DNA of 64,000 nucleotides from Monocercomonoides exilis PA203 (Eukaryota; Protista; Preaxostyla): NCBI GenBank assembly GCA_001643675.2, contig LSRY02000001.1, positions 2,649,097 to 2,713,096 of the forward strand, read 5' to 3'. Shown piece by piece: positions 39,791 to 51,600 of this stretch (position 1 is its first letter; each line of letters starts with the position of its first letter). The notes under the pieces were generated by a model. It saw only the letters and a program-made list of their open reading frames with translations, ran no database searches and was not told where the DNA came from. The position numbers and the translations under genes were made by a program.

Positions 39791-42528
39791 ATGTTTACAA
39801 AAACAAGTTTTGAAAATGCTAACAATGTAACTTCAACTCCCTCTTCATCCCGTTTTTATAAAACAACACTCACAAACGAAGATTTATTATGCAATGTTGA
39901 AAAAAATGATAGAAATGAGGAAAATGAAAAAGAAATTGAAAAACCTTCAAATGTCGAAAATGACAATGATGAATGCAGCTCAGATGATGAAGATGACGAA
40001 GATTTAGAAGAGGATGATATATCATCTTTGAACATAACATCTGTTCAAAGATTGGGAAAAGATAAAATGGAATTATTCTTTCAGAACCTTGAAAAAGCAG
40101 ATTCAAATGAAGAAGAGAGTGTTTTCTCTTATCAATCAAACGAATCAGATTCATCATTAAGAAAAATATTCTACTCAAATCACTCCACACAAACAGAAAT
40201 CCCTTTTTCTTTTACTTCCTCTCAAACTCTCTCATTCGGTTCTTCTACTCAGTCAAGCGGATCCGCATTCACTGACTTCATTTCGGAACAAAATCCATAC
40301 CTTCGCCCCACAAGGATGGACTTGGCTGCAAAAAGAGTTGGAAAGGAAAAAGCTCTCCAGTACATGAAGCCAAGTCCATTGTGGTCTGACGCTACTATTC
40401 GAAAGCATGCATGGGTGCAAAGATTGCTGCAAACGTGGAGCAAGCTTGTTGAGTGCCCAATATGGCCTCTTCATCCATTAGTCGCAAAGGGATTCATTCT
40501 TTTCTGCGGTAAAGAATGTTTCTACTCATTGACAAGCATTGTGCACGTTATCACCCCTTCTATAAAAAGAATAAATATAGAAAAAATGGGAAAAAAGATT
40601 AATAGCAAGACAAACGCAGCAATAAATGAAGCAATAAGAAATTTAAGAAACGACAAAGAAGTGAACAAAAAGGGAAAAGAAAGGGAACCTGCGCTGATTT
40701 CGGACGTTGCTCGAATAGTCCATAATCTCCCTGATGAGCTAGAAAGCAAATATTTGGAAGCATCTCTGTATCTAATTGGAGTTCAAACTGGTGCAAGAGC
40801 CATTACATTATCTAGCCTAAAAATGAGTGACATAAAAAGAGTAATACAGTCTAAGGAAACAAACAAACTTCTTGTTACACTTTGTTACAACAGGACAAAA
40901 GGTTCCTCGCATTGGAACCATCACGTCACAATCGAAGGAGAGGAGGAGAGTCGTAGCGACGATGATGCTGTGTACTGGTTTTCTTTGCACCTGAAAAAAA
41001 GCGTTGGTGTCAGATTGAGTGAGTGGATGACAAAGAAAGAAGAAGTTGATGGAGAAAGGCCTGTTTGGCCAATCTCCACAGATGTGATGAGAGAAAGATT
41101 CAAGCAGAGGGCCGAGAATGCTGGATATCCCCGGAATCTCTTCAGTTTCCACTCTTTACGAAGCGGATTCATATGCTCCGCCCTCATAAAGAGTGGAAAA
41201 AATGAAGATTCAAAGAAGGCAGTGCTTGAGAAGACTGCGCTGATTGCTGGTTGGGTCCCATACAGGTTGGCCCAAATGACATATATAAAGAACGTGGCAA
41301 GAAGGGCAATTGTTTCATCACGTTTGGTGATGCCATACAAAGAGGGAAGAAATGAAAGTGAAATGGATGAAACGTTGTTGGAGTTAGAAATGTTTCATGG
41401 AATAGTTTTGAAGATGAAGGAAGGGAATGAGAAGAATCCGTACGAGAAATATAAAGAGAAAGTTGAAGAAAGAATGAAGATATTTTTTGAAGAAGAAGAA
41501 GTCAAGAAAGCAAAGAAAGCCAGATACATAAGAAGCGGGTCCGTTGGAATGTGCGCAGAGAATATGGAATTAAATGATTTCATAAAACAAAAAATGGCAA
41601 TGACTGAATATAAGGGGAAAAAAAGCAAACCCCAACTCTTCGAACAAACTGCGCTGTTTTTTGTTGGAGAAATTACATCAAGCAACAACTGTTTATGCAC
41701 ATTGCAGACCCCTATATAACAGCTGAAGAATTTTGCAATCATGCAGAAATAAACACATCAACTAATATCGTGAGAAAATATGAGAAAAAGAAATTGAAAG
41801 ATAACAAAGAAAAGGAAAAAAGCAACATGAATGAAGAGAATGACAAAGATAATGAGAAGGAATTATCAGACAAAAATGAAATCGATCAGAAGAAATTAAC
41901 GTTTGACAAAAGAAAAAGAAATGAGAAAAACAATGTTTGCAGAATTAAATGGACAAAGGAAGATGATGAAAAAGTTAAAAGAATGTATGAGGTTGAAAAA
42001 AAAACAATAACAGAAATAAACAAAGAGTTCATATTCAGGTCATGGCACAATATCCACGATCACATCAAACATATGATAAAGAAAGGAAAATTGAAAAAGA
42101 GACAACCGCAAACATTAAAAGAAATACTGCATATAGACGAAAATATTGCAACAAACCTTTATTCTTCATCCACTTCTTATGCCTCAGACACAACACCATC
42201 ACCATCATCATCGGCCTCAGCTTCAGCCTCAGACACAACTCCATCATCATCATCATCGACTTCAGCTTCAGCCTCAGACACAACTCCATCATCATCATCA
42301 TCGACTTCAGCTTCAGCCTCAGACACAACTCCATCATCATCATCAGCTTCAGCTTCTGCCCCTTCATTGTTGTCAACCTATGTGAATGAAATAAAAGCGT
42401 TGAAAAGAAAGAGAGTCAATAAAAGAAAAAGAAAAGAAGATGATGAATATGTCGATTATTATGCAGAAAATATTTGCATAATATTAAAAGGAAATGGAAA
42501 GAGAATTACAAGAAGTATGGACAGTTAG
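39791..42528 (+). CDS. Tyrosine recombinase-Myb element gene, copy E (best preserved)
   Basis: 642-aa ORF with SAM-like domain and full R..HxxR..W..Y set (TGARA, FHSLRSG, AGW, TYI). One extra T in the T6 run at 41657-41662 would fuse it to ORF 41695-42528, which has Myb-like KWTKEDDEKV...FRSWHNIHDHIKHM. Confidence 0.85.
42181..42357 (+). repeat. 45-bp coding minisatellite (~4 copies, ASDTTPSSSSSTSAS)
   Basis: GCCTCAGACACAAC recurs at 42181, 42226, 42271 and 42316. Confidence 0.9.
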
Positions 42529-42731
42529 ATAGACAGAAGAAAATAAAAATCATACGTATTTAATGTTTTTCATATCACGTTTATATCAATACACATAATG
42601 ATAATTAAAATAAAAAACATAAAATTAGTTATTATGAAAATAAAAGGAAAAAATACAAACCCAAGTGAACAAAAGAGGTTTTACAAAAATGTGTGCCCAC
42701 CTGCCCACCCTCCATCCCTCCTGCCATAATT

Positions 42732-42961
42732 CCCACCTTCCCGGCTACTTGCAACAGCTTTGACCTATTCCCCTTTGCACCTCGTTGTTTCACTGCAGCA
42801 AGTTAGCCTTCCCACCCACCTTCCCGGCTACTTGCAACAGCTTTGACCTATTCCCCTTTGCACCTCGTTGTTTCACTGCAGCAAGTCAGCCTTCCCACCC
42901 ACCTTCCCGGCTGCTTGCAACAGCTTTGACCTATTCCCCTTTGCACCTCGTTGTTTCACTG
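42732..42961 (+). repeat. 83-bp tandem repeat (~2.8 copies) downstream of copy E
   Basis: CCCACCTTCCCGGCT recurs at 42732, 42815 and 42898 in near-identical units. Confidence 0.92.
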
Positions 42962-43953
42962 AACTTATGAGATGAAATAAAGTTATATATGATATTAGTA
43001 ATTAGATAGTGAAAATTAAAAAAAGTTGCAAAAAAGTTATGAAAATGAAAAAGAGTTGAAATTGATAGAAAAGATCAACAAAAAATAAAAAGATCAACGA
43101 GTTGGGGTATATATGAAAAAATCGATCATATATTCACAAAAAACAAACGATTTAATATTTGTTGAAGTTTAAAAATTGTTAAATATGATTATTGAATTAA
43201 TAATAAACGAATATATAAATAAAGCATTGTTGAATATAACTTAAAAATGAAAAAATGAAACAAAAATGAAAACATACAATTTTCAGTGACATTTTTTCTT
43301 TTGAAACAATAAAACCATCAAAACGGGAACTGATACAGCACTTAATATTTGCATTAAACTAATATAAAGAGAAAAGAAGTGTAAAGAAATTGAATTCATT
43401 AAAATACAGTGAAAAATGTATTTGGTGAAAAAAAGTCAGTCAAACCTTATTTAAATGAAAAACAAACAACAATTCACTCAATGATTCTAATGCTGTGAAG
43501 CCATTTCTTTATGCCATTTTGGATGAAAGAAAGAAAAAAAGAAAAAAAGAGAAGATAGCATTACATCACAATGTGATTTGGATTTATGGAACGTGATCTT
43601 TACGATCAATCTTTATGGAAAAAACTATTATTTCATTGGCGCATGTGTCTCATTTCATTGAAACCGCAGACATTTGATTTTGGTGATTTGAAAGCAAGAA
43701 TGAGAGACCAAAGGAAATCGATTTTGCAATGTTGTTGTTCTTTAACCAATGCTTCAAATGAAGGGTTTTATTTTTTTCACAAACAGAAAGAAATATTAAT
43801 TTCTTTTGAAGTTTCAATTAATTTCAAAGTTTTCAGAATTAGGTTATTCTTTAATAAAGTTTTCAACAGTTATCTTTCATTTGTTTTGGTTAATTCAAAT
43901 AAGCTCTTTGAAATGAATTCATTTAAAGCTGAAGTGACAAGCTGCTTGAAGAG

Positions 43954-44409
43954 ATGAGACGTCAGCGGAGAGCGGAGACAGCACGAATGAAGTTAGAAGT
44001 GAACTTGAAAGAAAGTCGGGCAAAGAAGCAGTTTGCGAAGGAACGTGATGAGCTAAAGAAGCGGCAGCAGATTTTTGCGAAAAAGCTGAGTGAAGTTGGT
44101 GATGAAGACGACGAAGAGTCGCTGCAGATGAAGGAAGAAGAACGGGACAAGAAGAAGCGGTGGCAGATCCAGCTGATGGCTGAACGGATGAGGGAGATGC
44201 AGGGCTTTCTGGAGATCCTGCAGTGTATTGCAGAGACAGAGCAGAAGCTGCGGCGAGAAGAGCGGAAGCTTGTGAGGGAGCTGGCAGCGCGGAGGAAGGA
44301 TGACTACGAGGCGAGACGAGCAGCGCAGGAGCGGATGGCGCTGGAGAGGACGAGGATTCAGCAGGCGGCAGAGGAGAGGGCAGAGGCAGCGCTGGAGCAG
44401 GCGAGGTGA
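43954..44409 (+). CDS. Charged coiled-coil protein fragment, possibly pseudogene
   Basis: 151-aa E/R/K/Q/A-rich ORF in a GC-elevated island; similar composition continues past the stop. Confidence 0.45.
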   Translation: MRRQRRAETARMKLEVNLKESRAKKQFAKERDELKKRQQIFAKKLSEVGDEDDEESLQMKEEERDKKKRWQIQLMAERMREMQGFLEILQCIAETEQKLRREERKLVRELAARRKDDYEARRAAQERMALERTRIQQAAEERAEAALEQAR

Positions 44410-47400
44410 CTTGATCATACATCGAAAGTTTCAAAAACGTATTGAAGATGCAGCTTGTGCAGCCGAGCAAAATGAAAATAAAGGCAGAGCAGCAGACTGA
44501 TATGGCGAAAGAGATGGCAAAACAGGAGACAGATATGTTGCAGCAGCGGAAGAGGCAGATGGATAAGAAAAAATAAATCTAGGAGAAAAAGAAATAAAGT
44601 TTTTTTAAAATAAGCAAATCAATAGATTGAACGCAGCTGAAACCGAAGTTGTAACGATTATCCCATTTGACCAACTGTCCGCAACGCCGTCGCATTCGCT
44701 GCAGTCAGTTCTTCTCTCAAAAGCCGTCTCCCTTTTGCTGAAACGAATCACTCTCACAAACACGTACTTACGCTTTATGCAGAATGCAAAGTGGACGAAT
44801 AAGAACGTGAACTTTCTGAAGGGAAACAAAGAAGACAGAATTGGATCTATAAGATACGCTGATAGCGGACGCATGACTTTCAAGCCTGTGTCTTCGATTG
44901 TTCCACTGTTATGGAATTCATTACAAACTGTGCCTTTCTCCAAAGCACCTTCATTTTCTTCTTTCTTTTCTTTGACAAGAAATTTGACTTCATCGTGCAA
45001 TACAAGTTCTCTTCCTTTCAACGATTCTCATTTCTTTCAGCCTTTTTGTTGATGAGCTACATGCAGAAGGAATATTAAGTCAGATACACTCAAATGTTTG
45101 TAAATATGAGAGGATAAATAAAAGCGATGAAAGAGGATATCTTTTCATGGAGATTTCAATAACATTTACAATCGAATAACAGATTTTTGCAAACAATGTT
45201 ATAAGGCAGGGGGAAAGCTGTATCTATAAAGGAGTTAGCTATGAAAAAGTCAAAAAAGAGTGTCAGATGAATGAAACAAACAATGATTCTATGAAGGACT
45301 TGGATATTTTTCACTGGTGAAAGACATATTACTATTCGATAATCATCTTGGATTTACGCAGTACGTGAGAAACATGTTGAGTTTGAAAGTTAATCTTATT
45401 GTAATTGGCAGAATTGAAAGTTGAAAGGAAATCAACAGTCAGCGAAAGAAAACAGAAAATGACAAATCCCAAAGTATTAATAATTAGGTCGAATGAATTA
45501 TTTTGAAAAATTCATGTTGGATTGAAAGGAATTGCGAATGAAGAGAGATTACTGAGGTTACACCTGATAGATTGATGTTTTCAGGTTTTTGTTTATTTGA
45601 TGAGATGGAGGAGTGAACCGTGAGAAAGAGACAAAGACAACTGGGAAGGGATTGTTGAACTTGGAACCTTTAAAGTTGATGAATTATTGGAGAATGTTGC
45701 TGCGCTGATGATGCATAAGCCAAACAGAGCCGGATGAAAAGACAGAAATGAAAGAAAACTGGAAGAGGAACGAACGATTTAAAGAAGATGCTATTAAAGA
45801 ATGAGACCTAACTGAAAACGATAAATACGAAATGAAAATGCAAACCACAAAAGGATATATTACAGAAGATTGATTGCATTCATCAAGTTGCGAAAGAGTT
45901 AATGGAAAGGAAAGAAAAAAAAACAAAGAATGGAATGAAAATAGAATTGCATTGAATGTTCAAACATGTTATATGGTTTATTAATACAGTTCATATTTTT
46001 TTGATATTTTAAATAAGAGTTTTTTCAATTTAATTATAAACTTATGTTTGAAAACAACAGCGTGAACTGACATTTTGGCATTTTGTTCTGGTCGCAAATT
46101 TCTCACATAGAAAAAAGAAAATATCCATATATTTTATTGAGCAAATTATGAAATTAAACGAAGAAATTATTGGAACATCAAATAAGATGAAAAAAGAGAC
46201 AAACAAATGAATGCCAGAAAACAATTCATTTTGGTTTTAAAGGCTGAGAATGATAGAACAAAGGAGAAAATTGGACAGAATTTCGAGTATAGTACAAGAT
46301 TTTTCAAATAGGCTTGATTTGTCAGATAAATCTTATTAAAAATGGAAAAGAAGTACTTGGAATTCTTTTCAAATGATTGAAAAACCTTTACAAGAAGGAC
46401 TAATCAGTTCATTAGAAATATTCGTCATTTATGTTAAAGAAATATATTTGATTCTTGTGGATTATCATTTCAAACATTGACAACTCCAAAATGTGTTCAA
46501 TTTTTATTGTAGGATTAAGAGGATGCTTATGTTTCAAAGATTATCGAAGCAGAGACGAGCAATTTTCCAATACTGCAGTAATTGTTCAAGTTGTTAAATA
46601 TTACTGTTTCAAAGATGTTTGATTGTCTAACATTTAATTTATGGAAAAGAAATATGAAAATCAAATATGAATACAAGTGTTTTACAAACCTTGGTTGAAG
46701 TTTGCTGTGTTTCAAAAGAATAGATTTTCTTTAAATTTTATTTCAGTTGCCGCATGAAGAACGATACCAAAAGGAAAGGCAAAATAGTAATCTCCTTCAA
46801 AATAATCAGTGTCAGTGAAACACAAAAACATGAAAGAAGGGTGAACATTGGTTATAGACATTTTTGCGAAGTTGGAAATGCAATCCATTTTGTGAAATGA
46901 AATCGTTTTTGCAAAACTTACTATTTCATTAAAAATAAGGAATAATAGAAATGAAAATGAGAGAAATCTTACAACATAAGTGTGTTTGATGATTCAGATG
47001 TCATCTGTAGTACAACAATGCGTTTCAAGATGGTTTGTGTGTTATTTCATGAGAAAGTTCAAAATTTTTAAAATGTGCCTTTATGAGTATAAAAGAACAT
47101 GAATGAATTAAAGAAAGGTGTGTAATTTTAACCTGTGAAAATGTTTCATATTCGATATTGAAATAATTGGAAACAAACGCAATTCGTTATCACCTTATGT
47201 GTTTGAATGATTAACGGAAGTTTACAACTTCACTTCTTTTTGATCTCAATCGAAAAGTTTCCTTTTTGAAGGAATGAATAAAAATTGAAAGATCAAAAAG
47301 AGAAAATATCATTCTACTTTTTCAATAAGTGACTGTTTACAAAATGAAATGAAAAAATAATACCAAATAAGAAAAAAGGCAAACAAAAAATGACTCAATG

Positions 47401-48575
47401 ACTTTTGTTATTTATCTTAAAAATTGGATCAGAGAAGGAAAGGATTAATTTGCATAACAAGGCTTTATTGAATTTGAAAGGAATATGCATGAATAGAAAT
47501 CATGAGAAGAAGTTTATTATTGAATAAGTAAAAAAGGTGAAAATCATTTGTTACAAGGTCAAGTTTTTCATAAGAAAAAAAATATGTCATTTTGTTTTTC
47601 TTGGAAAAATATTTTTCAAAGTGTATGAAATATTTGGAAGTTAGTTTATTTTTTAAATGAAAGAAGTTGTTCCAGACCAATAAAATGAATGATTGCATAG
47701 GATATGGAGAATATGATTATATAAAGCTTGAATAAATTACATTTGTATTCAAAGAATGTTTGGTGAAACATTTCTTTATTTGCAATATGATGATCAACTT
47801 CTGAATTTATTATAATTGAAAGAGTTATGAAATCGAAATAAATTAAAATTTCTAAAAAGCAAACTGAATTTTTATCGAAATGGATACTAAAATTTTAACA
47901 ATTCATGAATGCGTTGATAATTTATGTGATTTGATTGAAAGATGAATGAAGCAAATAAGAAATTTGCAAAAATAAAAATATCTTTTATATCAGGTTGGAA
48001 TGTACATCAAGAAGAAGATGGTAAAAAATTATCATTATTATTAAGGAAGGTTTGACATAATATGTGCTAAGAAGAATTATTTATGCAAGAAGTTTATGAT
48101 CCAATTGCTCGAAGAAAATGAGAAAGTTTCGAAGCATGGGAAATCTTCTGCAGCTTGTCAACAACAGATAGAAACTAGATGCAAGTAAATGATGTATGAC
48201 TCAAATTGTTTCAATGTAAATTCATGAAGAATATGAAAAGCAATCATTATTTTCCCAATTAGGCAGAATAAAACATGATCATTGATTGAAAAATAAATTA
48301 CATTGGAAAGTTATTGAATAAAATGTTAAAATTATGAAAATAAAAGTAAATAAAATAAAAATAAAACATTTACAAACGTATAAAGATTGCAAACATTTGC
48401 ATGAAGCAAAAAATTCAGAAATTGATAATAAGCAAAAAATGAATTTTTGAATCAAATGGATATCAAAGAAAATATTTCAAATAAAAGCAAATTACAACAT
48501 CACACATTTTGAAAAATATACATTCCAAAAAATAATTAATTAATCAACATTTCGCTCCGCGCGAGTCCGACATCA

Positions 48576-48650
48576 CAAACGCAAACGTCCTTTTGGATAA
48601 AAAACGCGAAAGCATTTCGCGTTTTTTATCCAAAAGGGGGTGCGCGTTTG
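48576..48650. other. Fold-back palindrome at the proximal start of the satellite array
   Basis: CCTTTTGGATAAAAAACGCGAAA (48589-48611), GCA loop, TTTCGCGTTTTTTATCCAAAAGG (48615-48637): perfect 23-bp arms, extended by CAAACGC/GCGTTTG after a 6-nt gap. Confidence 0.95.
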
Positions 48651-51600
48651 GGGTGGAGGCGAGCGGGATGTGAGGGGGGCGGGGCGGTGCGCGTTGCGGG
48701 GCAGGTGCGGTGGCAAACGGTTGGTAACTTTTTTTTTAACAATTTTTTTACTTTTGCTTTTTTTGTGCACACAGGCAAAATCTGGCGATTTTGCTCAGGA
48801 ACGACAATCCGAGGTTTCCGAAGGTGTGATTTTTTTTTATTTTCTATTTTTACCTCTTGCCCCCACACCTCCCAAACACACATCCTTTTTGCTGTCGCGC
48901 TGTCCCTTCCCCCGGAAAAAAAATATTTTCCTTTTTCCGGTCAACCCGGCTTGACCCCCTTTTCGGGTCATTTTTTCCGTCTTTATCCAAAAGGGGGTGC
49001 GCGTTTGGGGTGGAGGCGAGCGGGATGTGAGGGGGGCGGGGCGGTGCGCGTTGCGGGGCAGGTGCGGTGGCAAACGGTTGGTAACTTTTTTTTTAACAAT
49101 TTTTTTACTTTTGCTTTTTTTGTGCACACAGGCAAAATCTGGCGATTTTGCTCAGGAACGACAATCCGAGGTTTCCGAAGGTGTGATTTTTTTTTATTTT
49201 CTATTTTTACCTCTTGCCCCCACACCTCCCAAACACACATCCTTTTTGCTGTCGCGCTGTCCCTTCCCCCCGGAAAAAAAATATTTTCCTTTTTCCGGTC
49301 AACCCGGCTGACCCCCTTTTCGGGTCATTTTTTCCGTCTTTATCCAAAAGGGGGTGCGCGTTTGGGGTGGAGGCGAGCGGGATGTGAGGGGGCGGGGCGG
49401 TGCGCGTTGCGGGGCAGGTGCGGTGGCAAACGGTTGGTAACTTTTTTTTAACAATTTTTTTACTTTTGCTTTTTTTGTGCACACAGGCAAAATCTGGCGA
49501 TTTTGCTCAGGAACGACAATCCGAGGTTTCCGAAGGTGTGATTTTTTTTTATTTTCTATTTTTACCTCTTGCCCCCACACCTCCCAAACACACATCCTTT
49601 TTGCTGTCGCGCTGTCCCTTCCCCCGGAAAAAAAATATTTTCCTTTTTCCGGTCAACCCGGCTGACCCCCTTTTCGGGTCATTTTTTCCGTCTTTATCCA
49701 AAAGGGGGTGCGCGTTTGGGGTGGAGGCGAGCGGGATGTGAGGGGGGCGGGGCGGTGCGCGTTGCGGGGCAGGTGCGGTGGCAAACGGTTGGTAACTTTT
49801 TTTTTAACAATTTTTTTACTTTTGCTTTTTTTGTGCACACAGGCAAAATCTGGCGATTTTGCTCAGGAACGACAATCCGAGGTTTCCGAAGGTGTGATTT
49901 TTTTTTATTTTCTATTTTTACCTCTTGCCCCCACACCTCCCAAACACACATCCTTTTTGCTGTCGCGCTGTCCCTTCCCCCGGAAAAAAAATATTTTCCT
50001 TTTTCCGGTCAACCCGGCTGACCCCCTTTTCGGGTCATTTTTTCCGTCTTTATCCAAAAGGGGGTGCGCGTTTGGGGTGGAGGCGAGCGGGATGTGAGGG
50101 GGGCGGGGCGGTGCGCGTTGCGGGGCAGGTGCGGTGGCAAACGGTTGGTAACTTTTTTTTAACAATTTTTTACTTTTGCTTTTTTTTGTGCACACAGGCA
50201 AAATCTGGCGATTTTGCTCAGGAACGACAATCCGAGGTTTCCGAAGGTGTGATTTTTTTATTTTCTATTTTTACCTCTTGCCCCCACACCTCCCAAACAC
50301 ACATCCTTTTTGCTGTCGCGCTGTCCCTTCCCCCGGAAAAAAAATATTTTCCTTTTTCCGGTCAACCCGGCTGACCCCCTTTTCGGGTCATTTTTCCGTC
50401 TTTATCCAAAAGGGGGTGCGCGTTTGGGGTGGAGGCGAGCGGGATGTGAGGGGGCGGGGCGGTGCGCGTTGCGGGGCAGGTGCGGTGGCAAACGGTTGGT
50501 AACTTTTTTTTAACAATTTTTTTACTTTTGCTTTTTTTTGTGCACACAGGCAAAATCTGGCGATTTTGCTCAGGAACGACAATCCGAGGTTTCCGAAGGT
50601 GTGATTTTTTTTATTTTCTATTTTTACCTCTTGCCCCCACACCTCCCAAACACACATCCTTTTTGCTGTCGCGCTGTCCCTTCCCCCGGAAAAAAAATAT
50701 TTTCCTTTTTCCGGTCAACCCGGCTGACCCCCTTTTCGGGTCATTTTTCCGTCTTTATCCAAAAGGGGTGCGCGTTTGGGGTGGAGGCGAGCGGGATGTG
50801 AGGGGGCGGGGCGGTGCGCGTTGCGGGGCAGGTGCGGTGGCAAACGGTTGGTAACTTTTTTTTAACAATTTTTTTACTTTTGCTTTTTTTTGTGCACACA
50901 GGCAAAATCTGGCGATTTTGCTCAGGAACGACAATCCGAGGTTTCCGAAGGTGTGATTTTTTTATTTTCTATTTTTACCTCTTGCCCCCACACCTCCCAA
51001 ACACACATCCTTTTTGCTGTCGCGCTGTCCCTTCCCCGGAAAAAAATATTTTCCTTTTTCCGGTCAACCCGGCTGACCCCCTTTTCGGGTCATTTTTCCG
51101 TCTTTATCCAAAAGGGGGTGCGCGTTTGGGGTGGAGGCGAGCGGGATGTGAGGGGGCGGGGCGGTGCGCGTTGCGGGGCAGGTGCGGTGGCAAACGGTTG
51201 GTAACTTTTTTTTAACAATTTTTTTACTTTTGCTTTTTTGTGCACACAGGCAAAATCTGGCGATTTTGCTCAGGAACGACAATCCGAGGTTTCCGAAGGT
51301 GTGATTTTTTTATTTTCTATTTTTACCTCTTGCCCCCACACCTCCCAAACACACATCCTTTTTGCTGTCGCGCTGTCCCTTCCCCCCGGAAAAAAAATAT
51401 TTTCCTTTTTCCGGTCAACCCGGCTGACCCCCTTTTCGGGTCATTTTTTCCGTCTTTATCCAAAAGGGGGTGCGCGTTTGGGGTGGAGGCGAGCGGGATG
51501 TGAGGGGGCGGGGCGGTGCGCGTTGCGGGGCAGGTGCGGTGGCAAACGGTTGGTAACTTTTTTTAACAATTTTTTTACTTTTGCTTTTTTTGTGCACACA

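Noticed and set aside
30494-42528. YR genes as DIRS/Ngaro retrotransposons or a prophage
   Set aside because: No RT, RNase H, gag or phage structural genes are evident, and no split or inverted LTRs were found.
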